Of a stretch of 54,336 nt of DNA, positions 27,829 through 35,100 are shown piece by piece. The translations under genes and the position numbers were made by a program. The stretch lies in IMG/VR virus record IMGVR_UViG_3300017788_000031, positions 1-54,336 of that record. One strand, given 5' to 3'. Numbering within the stretch: position 1 is the stretch's first letter; each line of letters opens with the position of its first letter. This DNA is from a virus. Lineage: Duplodnaviria > Caudoviricetes. The notes beneath the pieces were generated by a model, which was not told the origin of the DNA, ran no database searches, and was given only the letters and a program-made list of their open reading frames with translations.

Positions 27829-27875
27829 TGTTCATAACTTTTACTTGACATTGTTCATTCAATGTCGTACCTTTG
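27829..27875 (+). promoter_or_regulatory. Early promoter with box and internal inverted repeat
   Basis: TGTTCATAACTT, then TTG-N20-TACCTTTG, with GACATTG/CAATGTC in the spacer. Confidence 0.8.
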
Positions 27876-27907
27876 TCAAAAATTAGTTCATTTAATACTC
27901 ATAACAT

Positions 27908-28090
27908 ATGTCACACACGTCAAAACAAATCGTTCTTCTATGCGCCCTTATGGTGGTGCTATCAACAACCCTCATTTCAATTGGACACCTATACGGCATT
28001 GCTGTGTCGGTGGTAATCGGCTACCTGTGCAGTGTATTTGCACTGCTGTCAATGGTGGCTGTCGCATACGAGTCAAACCCTAAACACTAA
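27908..28090 (+). CDS. Small two-TM membrane protein
   Basis: 60 aa, hydrophobic. Confidence 0.6.
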   Translation: MSHTSKQIVLLCALMVVLSTTLISIGHLYGIAVSVVIGYLCSVFALLSMVAVAYESNPKH

Positions 28091-28095
28091 TCGCT

Positions 28096-28338
28096 ATGAG
28101 CGCACAAAAGAAAAAAGAAATCTACAGCCAACACTTAGTCGGACGCGGCTTTTATATGTGCCCGTCTTGCAAGGAAGTCCACTTAGGCGGCTTGACAATT
28201 GAGAACCTTGACGATGACAGCGATGAGCTTCCGCAGGTCTATTGCAGGTACGGCTGTGGCTATATCTTCCTACCGAATTTACTTTTAAACAACACCCCAC
28301 CACGTAACGAGTGGTGGAAAAAACACCTATCAAAATGA
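28096..28338 (+). CDS. Zinc-ribbon protein
   Basis: CPSC...CRYGC. Confidence 0.65.
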   Translation: MSAQKKKEIYSQHLVGRGFYMCPSCKEVHLGGLTIENLDDDSDELPQVYCRYGCGYIFLPNLLLNNTPPRNEWWKKHLSK

Positions 28339-28676
28339 GCGCAATGCAAAACTACATTTTGGTTTCACGCACGTATGCGGAGACCACCCCTGAGAGTGCT
28401 GAGCAGGGTAGCTTCTCAGCCATCGGCTTCATCACTGACTGCGAGGTGCTGTCATTCAGAGAGCTTGTGTACCTGCTACGTGACCACGTGCACCCGTCTG
28501 AGTCGGGTGAGCCATCTGTGCACACGTGGTTCACAGGTGATGAATACGTGACTGACTACAGGACGTGCACCAACAGGCAAGAGAGCGTCCACTTTCACTC
28601 AGACAACAACGTGCACGCGGGCAGGTATTGGGTGCTTGCGTGCAAGATAGCGCACGCAAAGCGTAACCTGCTGTGA
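28335..28676 (+). CDS. Hypothetical protein (start MSAMQN)
   Basis: ATGA overlap with the upstream gene. Confidence 0.7.
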   Translation: MSAMQNYILVSRTYAETTPESAEQGSFSAIGFITDCEVLSFRELVYLLRDHVHPSESGEPSVHTWFTGDEYVTDYRTCTNRQESVHFHSDNNVHAGRYWVLACKIAHAKRNLL

Positions 28677-28687
28677 GCAGGGCGTGA

Positions 28688-28703
28688 GTGTCTTTAAAGA
28701 CAC
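28688..28703. repeat. 16-bp perfect palindrome ahead of hammerhead 2
   Basis: GTGTCTTTAAAGACAC. Confidence 0.95.
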
Positions 28704-28705
28704 TC

Positions 28706-28754
28706 CCGTAGTAGGATGAGTGTCCTACCTGATGAGACCAAAAGGTCGAAACGG
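28706..28754 (+). ncRNA. Type III hammerhead ribozyme 2; predicted cut after GUA at 28710
   Basis: CCGT-A, GTAGGA-TGAGTG-TCCTAC, CTGATGA, GACC-AAAA-GGTC, GAAA, CGG. Confidence 0.95.
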
Positions 28755-28776
28755 AAATCAAATTAAATCTAATCAA

Positions 28777-29112
28777 ATGAAAGCACTATTTCTTTCAGCG
28801 GTAATGTTTATCGCACTGCAATCAAGAGCGCAATCAGCGCAAACCAAGCGCCCCGAAGGTTTCGTGAGCGTTGAAACCATCAACAACAACGCGGCACGCG
28901 CCCTGTTCCTTGAGCTACAGGACGAGGGCACAATCGTGTACGAGGGACAGGATGAGGACACAGGTATGGCAATGTACACCCTGTTCTTCGATGAGTGCAC
29001 TATTCAGTACGCCTACGAGCCTGAGATACTTGAGTTCATCAAGACGGGCAAGTTTGAGTACAATGACTTTCTAATCGAGAACTATCAAGTAATTAAAACC
29101 CCACAACAATGA
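28777..29112 (+). CDS. Exported protein with signal peptide (111 aa, start MKALFL)
   Basis: MKALFLSAVMFIALQSRA-Q resembles a Bacteroidota signal peptide with Gln at +1. Confidence 0.65.
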   Translation: MKALFLSAVMFIALQSRAQSAQTKRPEGFVSVETINNNAARALFLELQDEGTIVYEGQDEDTGMAMYTLFFDECTIQYAYEPEILEFIKTGKFEYNDFLIENYQVIKTPQQ

Positions 29113-29282
29113 GACAAGAGTATATGGGAATCAGCGGCAAGGTTAGCCATGACCCCGAATTAACCAAGCAATACAATGCCCTGCTTCAACAGCTAGGCTC
29201 AGAAGGTATGCTCGTCCTTATCGAACGATGGATGGATGATGAAGACCTCAATTCAATAATTCAATACAACGACAACTACTAA
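29109..29282 (+). CDS. Hypothetical protein (57 aa); not in ORF track
   Basis: MRQEYMGISGKVSHDPELTKQY...; ATGA overlap. Confidence 0.6.
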   Translation: MRQEYMGISGKVSHDPELTKQYNALLQQLGSEGMLVLIERWMDDEDLNSIIQYNDNY

Positions 29283-29295
29283 ACACAACACGCAA

Positions 29296-29436
29296 ATGAA
29301 AATCAATCACACAACGTGGTATAGAACGTACCACACCCCGCACATTTCAGTTATCAATTCTACCGACTATGTGCAAATCTCACTCATAATTCTGAACCAC
29401 CATTGGTGGGTAATCGTAGAAAAAAAACGCAAATAA
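29296..29436 (+). CDS. Hypothetical protein (46 aa) between 23-bp direct repeats
   Basis: MKINHTTWYRTYHTPHISVINS... Confidence 0.5.
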   Translation: MKINHTTWYRTYHTPHISVINSTDYVQISLIILNHHWWVIVEKKRK

Positions 29437-29449
29437 ACACAACACGCAA

Positions 29450-29614
29450 ATGAAAAGAGTAATTGCCACAGCGGTGTTCGCCCTTGGAATATGGGCGGCA
29501 TCAGAGATTGACAAGCAAATGCTACTGAAGGAATGCGTGAAGCGCACCGAAGGCACGGACACAGATTGTGAAGAGTGCTACAAAAAAGTGTACGGCACGT
29601 ATCCTACTGACTAA
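29450..29614 (+). CDS. Small protein with hydrophobic N-terminus and three Cys (54 aa)
   Basis: MKRVIATAVFALGIWAASEID...ECVKRTEGTDTDCEECY. Confidence 0.6.
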   Translation: MKRVIATAVFALGIWAASEIDKQMLLKECVKRTEGTDTDCEECYKKVYGTYPTD

Positions 29615-29618
29615 CAGG

Positions 29619-29664
29619 TGTTGATAACTTTATTTGACATCGTTCATTACTTGTCGTATCTTTG
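29619..29664 (+). promoter_or_regulatory. Early promoter with box
   Basis: TGTTGATAACTT, then TTGACA...TGTCG-TATCTTTG. Confidence 0.8.
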
Positions 29665-29697
29665 CGCAAAATTAGTTCAAACATTTAACATTACACA

Positions 29698-30342
29698 ATG
29701 ACCAACACAACACCAACGTGGGCACTCATCATAGATGGAGTACCCCACACAACAGGACTTACAAAGGCAGAGGCTCAGTCTCTGTTTGTCAAGCACACAG
29801 CCCGTGACCCACACAGCGAGGTTGAGATGTACATTAAAGAAGAAACCCACGTTATGCGGTACGCAGTGAGCGGAGCAAACGAGGACGAGGTGAATGTCTA
29901 CCTTGAAGACGGGGGCGTAGTCGGCCTGTACATAAACGAGGATGGCGGCCACGTCACGAGCGTGTACTATCATAGCAGGCCGAACCTGTTCGACAAGTAT
30001 ATGTGGCACGAACTTGCCGAGGGCGACAGCCACTACAAAGATTGGGAGGGTGAGAAAGTTATCACGGAAAAGATTGTGCACGATGCACTACATTGGCTGT
30101 GCCCTATGGCTGATGGGTTCAGGCAGGTTGACAGGGAGCTGTTGTTTGACGGCTACAACAAGGGCAGGAAGCAGGAGCTTGACAAGTCAGCCCTGCTGAA
30201 TGCCGCACGTATATTGATTGAGGCACGCAGTGGGCGCAAGGTTGAGCTGATTGAGTTTGAGGACGGCTCACTACTGCGGTACAACGTAGTGTTTGAAGGG
30301 ATGGAAGCTAAGCTCTTCTTCGAGCTGAAGCAAGGATGTTAG
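29698..30342 (+). CDS. Hypothetical protein
   Basis: 214-aa ORF after the promoter. Confidence 0.75.
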   Translation: MTNTTPTWALIIDGVPHTTGLTKAEAQSLFVKHTARDPHSEVEMYIKEETHVMRYAVSGANEDEVNVYLEDGGVVGLYINEDGGHVTSVYYHSRPNLFDKYMWHELAEGDSHYKDWEGEKVITEKIVHDALHWLCPMADGFRQVDRELLFDGYNKGRKQELDKSALLNAARILIEARSGRKVELIEFEDGSLLRYNVVFEGMEAKLFFELKQGC

Positions 30343-30359
30343 TGTGTGTGTTAGGGGTG

Positions 30360-30375
30360 GTGTCTTCAAAGACAC
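30360..30375. repeat. 16-bp palindrome ahead of hammerhead 3
   Basis: GTGTCTTCAAAGACAC with GGGGTG/TGCCCC extension. Confidence 0.95.
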
Positions 30376-30379
30376 TGCC

Positions 30380-30428
30380 CCGTATCGAGATGAGTGTCTC
30401 GACTGATGATTCCAAAAGGATGAAACGG
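30380..30428 (+). ncRNA. Type III hammerhead ribozyme 3; predicted cut after GUA at 30384
   Basis: CCGT-A, TCGAGA-TGAGTG-TCTCGA, CTGATGA, T-TCC-AAAA-GGA-T, GAAA, CGG. Confidence 0.9.
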
Positions 30429-30450
30429 AAACTCTAACACATTTAATTTT

Positions 30451-30867
30451 ATGTCACACCCAATTAAAGTAACAAGCGATGGCTACGTATGGTGCATCGT
30501 AACCTACGCGGCAAAGGAGCTGTTCAGCTCAGGCTCACTATCAATCTACGCCCTGCACGATGACGAGAGCGAGACCCTTATTGAAACGCACGAGCAGTTG
30601 CAAGACGCGCTCGATGGCGGCACGCCAATCGGCATTGACGTTGGTCACCTGTACACGCTTGAGAATATCAAGGAGCAACTCAAAGCTAAGGGCTATCACG
30701 CTGAGGCTCTATGGCACACGTGCGATGTCACTAATAAGTACGAGTGCACCGATGACGAGGCATATGAACTACTTGACAAAGCAATAGACGTGACAATCGA
30801 GGACGTGAACAACGAGATTGACTACAGAGCTGAAGGAAAATATAAATATAAAACCAACGAACAATGA
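30451..30867 (+). CDS. Acidic hypothetical protein
   Basis: 138-aa ORF after the ribozyme. Confidence 0.75.
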   Translation: MSHPIKVTSDGYVWCIVTYAAKELFSSGSLSIYALHDDESETLIETHEQLQDALDGGTPIGIDVGHLYTLENIKEQLKAKGYHAEALWHTCDVTNKYECTDDEAYELLDKAIDVTIEDVNNEIDYRAEGKYKYKTNEQ

Positions 30868-31244
30868 AGATGACACTAACACCACAGGAATCAGAGGACT
30901 TTTTCTACAACTCTTTGTGTAACGGACTTGGATACATTGAGAGTGGATATGAACTCGAGCTAACCTTTGACGAGGACGAATACAAACAGGCACAGAGCAA
31001 ACTTGAGTCGCCCTGTTATGAGGACGTGCTGATGCAAATTCTCAGAGACGGCAAAGCCCTGACCCTCGTTGACATTGGGTGCGAGGGTGAGTACACCTCA
31101 GTAATTGTGATGAGTGACGTACACGAGCGCGTACAGGACACACCGATACGTCACCTGATGGATGCCATCAATGAGAATGATGACGCTGTCACCGCTGACG
31201 TGATATTGCAACAGGTATTTTTTAAAGAAACTATATTTGGATAA
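30864..31244 (+). CDS. Acidic hypothetical protein
   Basis: 126 aa ending DAVTADVILQQVFFKETIFG. Confidence 0.75.
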   Translation: MKMTLTPQESEDFFYNSLCNGLGYIESGYELELTFDEDEYKQAQSKLESPCYEDVLMQILRDGKALTLVDIGCEGEYTSVIVMSDVHERVQDTPIRHLMDAINENDDAVTADVILQQVFFKETIFG

Positions 31245-31246
31245 CT

Positions 31247-31537
31247 ATGGCACTAAGTAAACTCATAAAAGACTACGACTTCAACTCAGCGGATGAATAC
31301 TACGAGTACATCCTTGAGACCATTGGCAACGGACAACGAACGCAAGCACGCCACCTTTATCAATCAATGGAGAGAGGAGAGAGGAACGAGTTCTTCGATT
31401 GGTTAGAGACCACCTACTTCTACGAGGACGATAAGGTTGACGAGCAGATACACAACCTGCGCTTGTTCTTCGATGAGCCAACCGCTTGGGATATGTACTT
31501 GGATGAGGACGGGGAACAATTTCCAAACTATAACTAA
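31247..31537 (+). CDS. Acidic hypothetical protein
   Basis: 96 aa, in operon. Confidence 0.7.
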   Translation: MALSKLIKDYDFNSADEYYEYILETIGNGQRTQARHLYQSMERGERNEFFDWLETTYFYEDDKVDEQIHNLRLFFDEPTAWDMYLDEDGEQFPNYN

Positions 31538-31546
31538 CATAAAACT

Positions 31547-31786
31547 ATGGCAACTTCACAGCTTATCTTCAAAGTAAAAGAGTACAAGGACATCAACTCT
31601 AACAACACCTGCGAAATGTTCAGTGTCTACGCGGTTGAGTCGGATGGAATCCTGTCGGTAAAGACCAAGGTCTTTGAACGTGACTACGGCAGTCAGACTG
31701 AGTCAATCGAGGTATACATCTATGACTTCCTGCAAGGGAGGAAAGAAAAACGGGAGGGTATATGGGTATCCACCGCCACGCACTGA
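31547..31786 (+). CDS. Hypothetical protein
   Basis: 79 aa, in operon. Confidence 0.65.
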   Translation: MATSQLIFKVKEYKDINSNNTCEMFSVYAVESDGILSVKTKVFERDYGSQTESIEVYIYDFLQGRKEKREGIWVSTATH

Positions 31787-31791
31787 GCAGG

Positions 31792-31953
31792 ATGAGGACG
31801 ATGCAGGATATCATTGACGATATGAAGGAAGCGTCAAAGCAGTTCGAAGATGGTGTCGCTGACTATGAACAGACGATGCCGAGAGTGCTCAAACTGAAGC
31901 AGGAACTGCAAGACAGACTCAACCTATTGTCAATAGCCCGTAGCCCGTCTTGA
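31792..31953 (+). CDS. Small coiled-coil protein
   Basis: MRTMQDIIDDMKEASKQFEDG...; start uncertain. Confidence 0.5.
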   Translation: MRTMQDIIDDMKEASKQFEDGVADYEQTMPRVLKLKQELQDRLNLLSIARSPS

Positions 31954-31962
31954 AAATTTAAC

Positions 31963-31993
31963 TTGACATTGTCTATTGAATGTCGTACCTTTG
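31963..31993 (+). promoter_or_regulatory. Early promoter with internal inverted repeat
   Basis: TTGACATT...AATGTCG-TACCTTTG, same spacing as the promoters at 27845 and 29634. Confidence 0.8.
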
Positions 31994-32052
31994 TGCAAAT
32001 TATGTTCAACAGGGTTCTGTGTTTAGTACACTGCCCACAAATCTAATCATCT

Positions 32053-33117
32053 ATGTGTGTAATCATCATCAAACAAAAGGGTATGCGACTGCCTGTAAGT
32101 GTCGCCAAATCATCAGCACGAATCAATCCTCACGGGCTTGGAGTCATATGGCTCGACACCTTTGAGGTTACCTATCACGAGTCCAAGGACTACAGGACTC
32201 TCGACACTAAGCGTCCGTTCATTGCCCACTTCCGCTACGCTACCATTGGTGCAATCAACAAGGAGAACACGCACCCGTTTCAGTGCGGTAGCAACAAGCA
32301 CGAGTGGCTTATGATGAACGGCACTATCCACGGGCTTGGCACTGCTGAGATATCAGACACCCGTGCGCTTGCAATGTCGCTTGGCGAGATACCCCGTCAC
32401 ACGTGGAAGAAGGAGCTTGAGTCCTACCCGTGCAGGTTCGTCACCATCAACACACGCAACCGCACCTATCAGATTTACAACAAGGAGCTGTGGACACAGC
32501 GCGATGGCATATGGTATTCCAAGGACAACGTACTTGAGGAACACTTGGTTGCTGTGTACGGCACACTCAAGAAGGGCAACTCAAACTACTTCAACTACCT
32601 GCGCTCATCAGGATACCTTGGCAGTGGCGAGACCAAAGACAGATACCCACTGATTGTTGACGGCCTGCCCTACCTCATCGAGAAGAAGGGCATCGGGTAC
32701 AACGTAGACGTTGACGTGTTCAAGGTCAGTGGCGATACACTTGCTGAGCTTGACAGACTCGAGGGTCACCCACGTTGGTACGTACGCAAGCAGGTACAGA
32801 TACAGATGAAGAAGCGCGTGCTCACCTGTTGGATATACTTCAACGGCACTGACGTGAAGGACGGGGCTAAGTTTCACAAGAGCTATGTGCCTGTAAAGTA
32901 CAAGGTCAAGCCTGCCCCTGTGTGGGAAAAGCAGGTCGCAATGTGGGAGGATGACGAGCCGACAGAGATGTTTGACATTGCACCGCCTGCAAACAAGGAG
33001 CACATACCAATCTGTATCAACTGCTACAATGACCTTGAGTTCGATGGGTTCAGCCACTACCACTGCCACGCCTGCAATGGGTGGTTCACGGGTAGCGAGG
33101 TGATTAACTTCGGCTAA
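32053..33117 (+). CDS. Class II glutamine amidotransferase fused to gamma-glutamylcyclotransferase (AIG2-like) and a C-terminal zinc ribbon
   Basis: N-terminal MC, NPHGLG, HFRYATIG, NTHPF, SDT; then VAVYGTLKKG and LDRLEG; then CINC...CHAC. Confidence 0.88.
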   Translation: MCVIIIKQKGMRLPVSVAKSSARINPHGLGVIWLDTFEVTYHESKDYRTLDTKRPFIAHFRYATIGAINKENTHPFQCGSNKHEWLMMNGTIHGLGTAEISDTRALAMSLGEIPRHTWKKELESYPCRFVTINTRNRTYQIYNKELWTQRDGIWYSKDNVLEEHLVAVYGTLKKGNSNYFNYLRSSGYLGSGETKDRYPLIVDGLPYLIEKKGIGYNVDVDVFKVSGDTLAELDRLEGHPRWYVRKQVQIQMKKRVLTCWIYFNGTDVKDGAKFHKSYVPVKYKVKPAPVWEKQVAMWEDDEPTEMFDIAPPANKEHIPICINCYNDLEFDGFSHYHCHACNGWFTGSEVINFG

Positions 33118-33126
33118 GACAAGGGG

Positions 33127-33142
33127 GTGTCTTCAAAGACAC
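33127..33142. repeat. 16-bp palindrome ahead of hammerhead 4
   Basis: GTGTCTTCAAAGACAC with GGGG/TCCC extension. Confidence 0.95.
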
Positions 33143-33146
33143 TCCC

Positions 33147-33195
33147 CCGTATTGGGGTGTGTGCCCCAACTGATGATTCCGAAAGGATGAAACGG
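33147..33195 (+). ncRNA. Type III hammerhead ribozyme 4; predicted cut after GUA at 33151
   Basis: CCGT-A, TTGGGG-TGTGTG-CCCCAA, CTGATGA, T-TCC-GAAA-GGA-T, GAAA, CGG. Confidence 0.9.
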
Positions 33196-33219
33196 AAATC
33201 TAATTAAATCTAATTCACA

Positions 33220-33645
33220 ATGGACAGAACAAGTAAGTCAGCAGAAAAAAGATGGACTGCGTACGTCAAGAAATGCGCAGAGCTAAAAACCTTTGACCAC
33301 CAAGTACTGCGCAAGGAGTACAGCATAGACGCACGGGTAATCAAGACCCTTGTCGATATGGGTTGGGCGATATCATCCAAGAAGGGTAAGTACAATTGGA
33401 TATGCCCTCACCCTCTAAGCGACAGCGACATCAGCGTATTTGTCAAGGCTCACAGGGAGTACATCAAAAAGTTTATGCCGACCACAACTAAGTATGACAA
33501 GCTAAAGTTTGAGACCGCACCGCTCAGAGCTAAGTACGAGATACTCGATAGCAAGGTTGACATCACTGAGGAGCAGGCGATTGAGAGACTTCGCATCGCG
33601 GGTGGATATGAGATATACAAGGTGGAAAAAAAATCAATCCTATGA
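33220..33645 (+). CDS. Hypothetical protein
   Basis: 141-aa ORF after the ribozyme. Confidence 0.7.
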   Translation: MDRTSKSAEKRWTAYVKKCAELKTFDHQVLRKEYSIDARVIKTLVDMGWAISSKKGKYNWICPHPLSDSDISVFVKAHREYIKKFMPTTTKYDKLKFETAPLRAKYEILDSKVDITEEQAIERLRIAGGYEIYKVEKKSIL

Positions 33646-33866
33646 ACGATAAACTTAAACCCTACGAGGCTGTGTTCCTCGGAATCATTTACCTCATCAT
33701 AGTTCTCTACTCAGTCAAGGCTATGGCCTCTCTGATAATGGAGACCGATGACGCATCAAGCCTGCTGAAGGTAATCATTATGGATACATTTTGGTTGACC
33801 CTCATCGTGGTGTTGGGCGCACTACTAACCTCAGTAATATTTACCCATAAAAGAAGAAGAAGATGA
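33642..33866 (+). CDS. Small two-TM membrane protein
   Basis: Two hydrophobic segments and a basic tail. Confidence 0.65.
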   Translation: MNDKLKPYEAVFLGIIYLIIVLYSVKAMASLIMETDDASSLLKVIIMDTFWLTLIVVLGALLTSVIFTHKRRRR

Positions 33867-34123
33867 CAGACTACGAAGCATTCGTAAAGACAGGCAGGTT
33901 CACTCCCGTTGGAGTCTACCTGTCTGCACACCCTAAGGCAAAGGTACATCCCGACTGCACAGACGTTATTGTGTACAACTACGGCTACGTCATACAAGCA
34001 CTCAAGACTAATGAGTTCTACTTCAAGCGCGGCAAGCGCGATGTGAGACACAGAACCCTTGACAGCACTGAGTCTGCGCTATGGTATCTGTTCGTAGAAA
34101 AAGTTATTAACACGTTAAAATAA
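33863..34123 (+). CDS. Hypothetical protein
   Basis: 86 aa, ATGA overlap. Confidence 0.65.
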   Translation: MTDYEAFVKTGRFTPVGVYLSAHPKAKVHPDCTDVIVYNYGYVIQALKTNEFYFKRGKRDVRHRTLDSTESALWYLFVEKVINTLK

Positions 34124-34157
34124 TTGTACAATTTATAGACATATTAACCTATATTTG
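34101..34157 (+). promoter_or_regulatory. Promoter of the recombination operon, with inverted box
   Basis: AAGTTATTAACA at 34101-34112; TATATTTG at 34150-34157. Confidence 0.65.
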
Positions 34158-34176
34158 TACCCTAAATCTAATCATT

Positions 34177-34479
34177 ATGAAGCAAGAGGTATTCAATCAG
34201 TTCGTTGACAGAGTTTCAGAGAAGGCACGGATAAGCAGGGAGGATTTGTTCTCTCGTTCAAAGCGCAGGGAATTAACTGACGCACGACACCTGCTCTACT
34301 TCCTATGCTCGAGTCGTCATATGCAAATCAGTTACATCCAAAAGTATATGGAGGAGAGTGGATACAAGGTTCAGCACTCGTCCGTCATCCACGGGATTAA
34401 CTCAGTAGAGAACAAGGTAACCAAGGACGCAGACTACAGAGCCATCGTCAAGGAACTAAACAAATCAGTATCACTTTAA
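34177..34479 (+). CDS. DnaA C-terminal (domain IV) HTH-like protein
   Basis: DLFSRSKRRELTDARHLLYFLC...HSSVIHG. Confidence 0.8.
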   Translation: MKQEVFNQFVDRVSEKARISREDLFSRSKRRELTDARHLLYFLCSSRHMQISYIQKYMEESGYKVQHSSVIHGINSVENKVTKDADYRAIVKELNKSVSL

Positions 34480-34490
34480 AAATTAATCAT

Positions 34491-35096
34491 ATGTCACAGA
34501 ATCAATCAGTATTCAACACGCTATCAGCAATCAATGTCAAGGAGAAGATAGAGCGTAAGGGAAACCTTGACTACCTGTCGTGGGCTAACGCTTGGTCTAT
34601 GCTCAAGGCCATCTACCCTGACGCACAGCGCAAGGTCTATGAGCACGACCACACAGGGTTCAACTACTTCACCGATGGCAAGACGGCATACGTGAAGGTG
34701 GGCATCATCGTGAACGGACTCGAGCACATCGACTACCTGCCCGTGATGGACTACCGCAACAACGCAATCCCACTCGAGAAGATTAGCGCAATGGACGTGA
34801 ACAAAACCATTCAGCGTTCAACAGCCAAGGCTATCGCAATGCACGGGCTTGGTCTGTCTCTGTGGACGGGTGAGGATATGCCTGAGATGGTGACCGAGTC
34901 AGCCAAGACTGCCGCACCTGCATCAGCACCCAAGCTCGTTGACCTCAAGCTCGACTCTGAGAATTGGGCGAAGGTATCTCAGTACATCATCGCTAATAAA
35001 CAGATGGGTGTTAACAAGATTGGTCAACAGCTTGGAAGAAAGTACAAGTTGTCGGCTGAGGTAAAGAAAGAAATCACTAACTTAATCAACTCTTAA
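34491..35096 (+). CDS. Sak-type (DUF1071-like) single-strand annealing protein
   Basis: LDYLSWANAW, LPVMDYRN, NKTIQRSTAKAIAMHGLGLSLWTGED. Confidence 0.85.
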   Translation: MSQNQSVFNTLSAINVKEKIERKGNLDYLSWANAWSMLKAIYPDAQRKVYEHDHTGFNYFTDGKTAYVKVGIIVNGLEHIDYLPVMDYRNNAIPLEKISAMDVNKTIQRSTAKAIAMHGLGLSLWTGEDMPEMVTESAKTAAPASAPKLVDLKLDSENWAKVSQYIIANKQMGVNKIGQQLGRKYKLSAEVKKEITNLINS

Positions 35097-35100
35097 TTCA

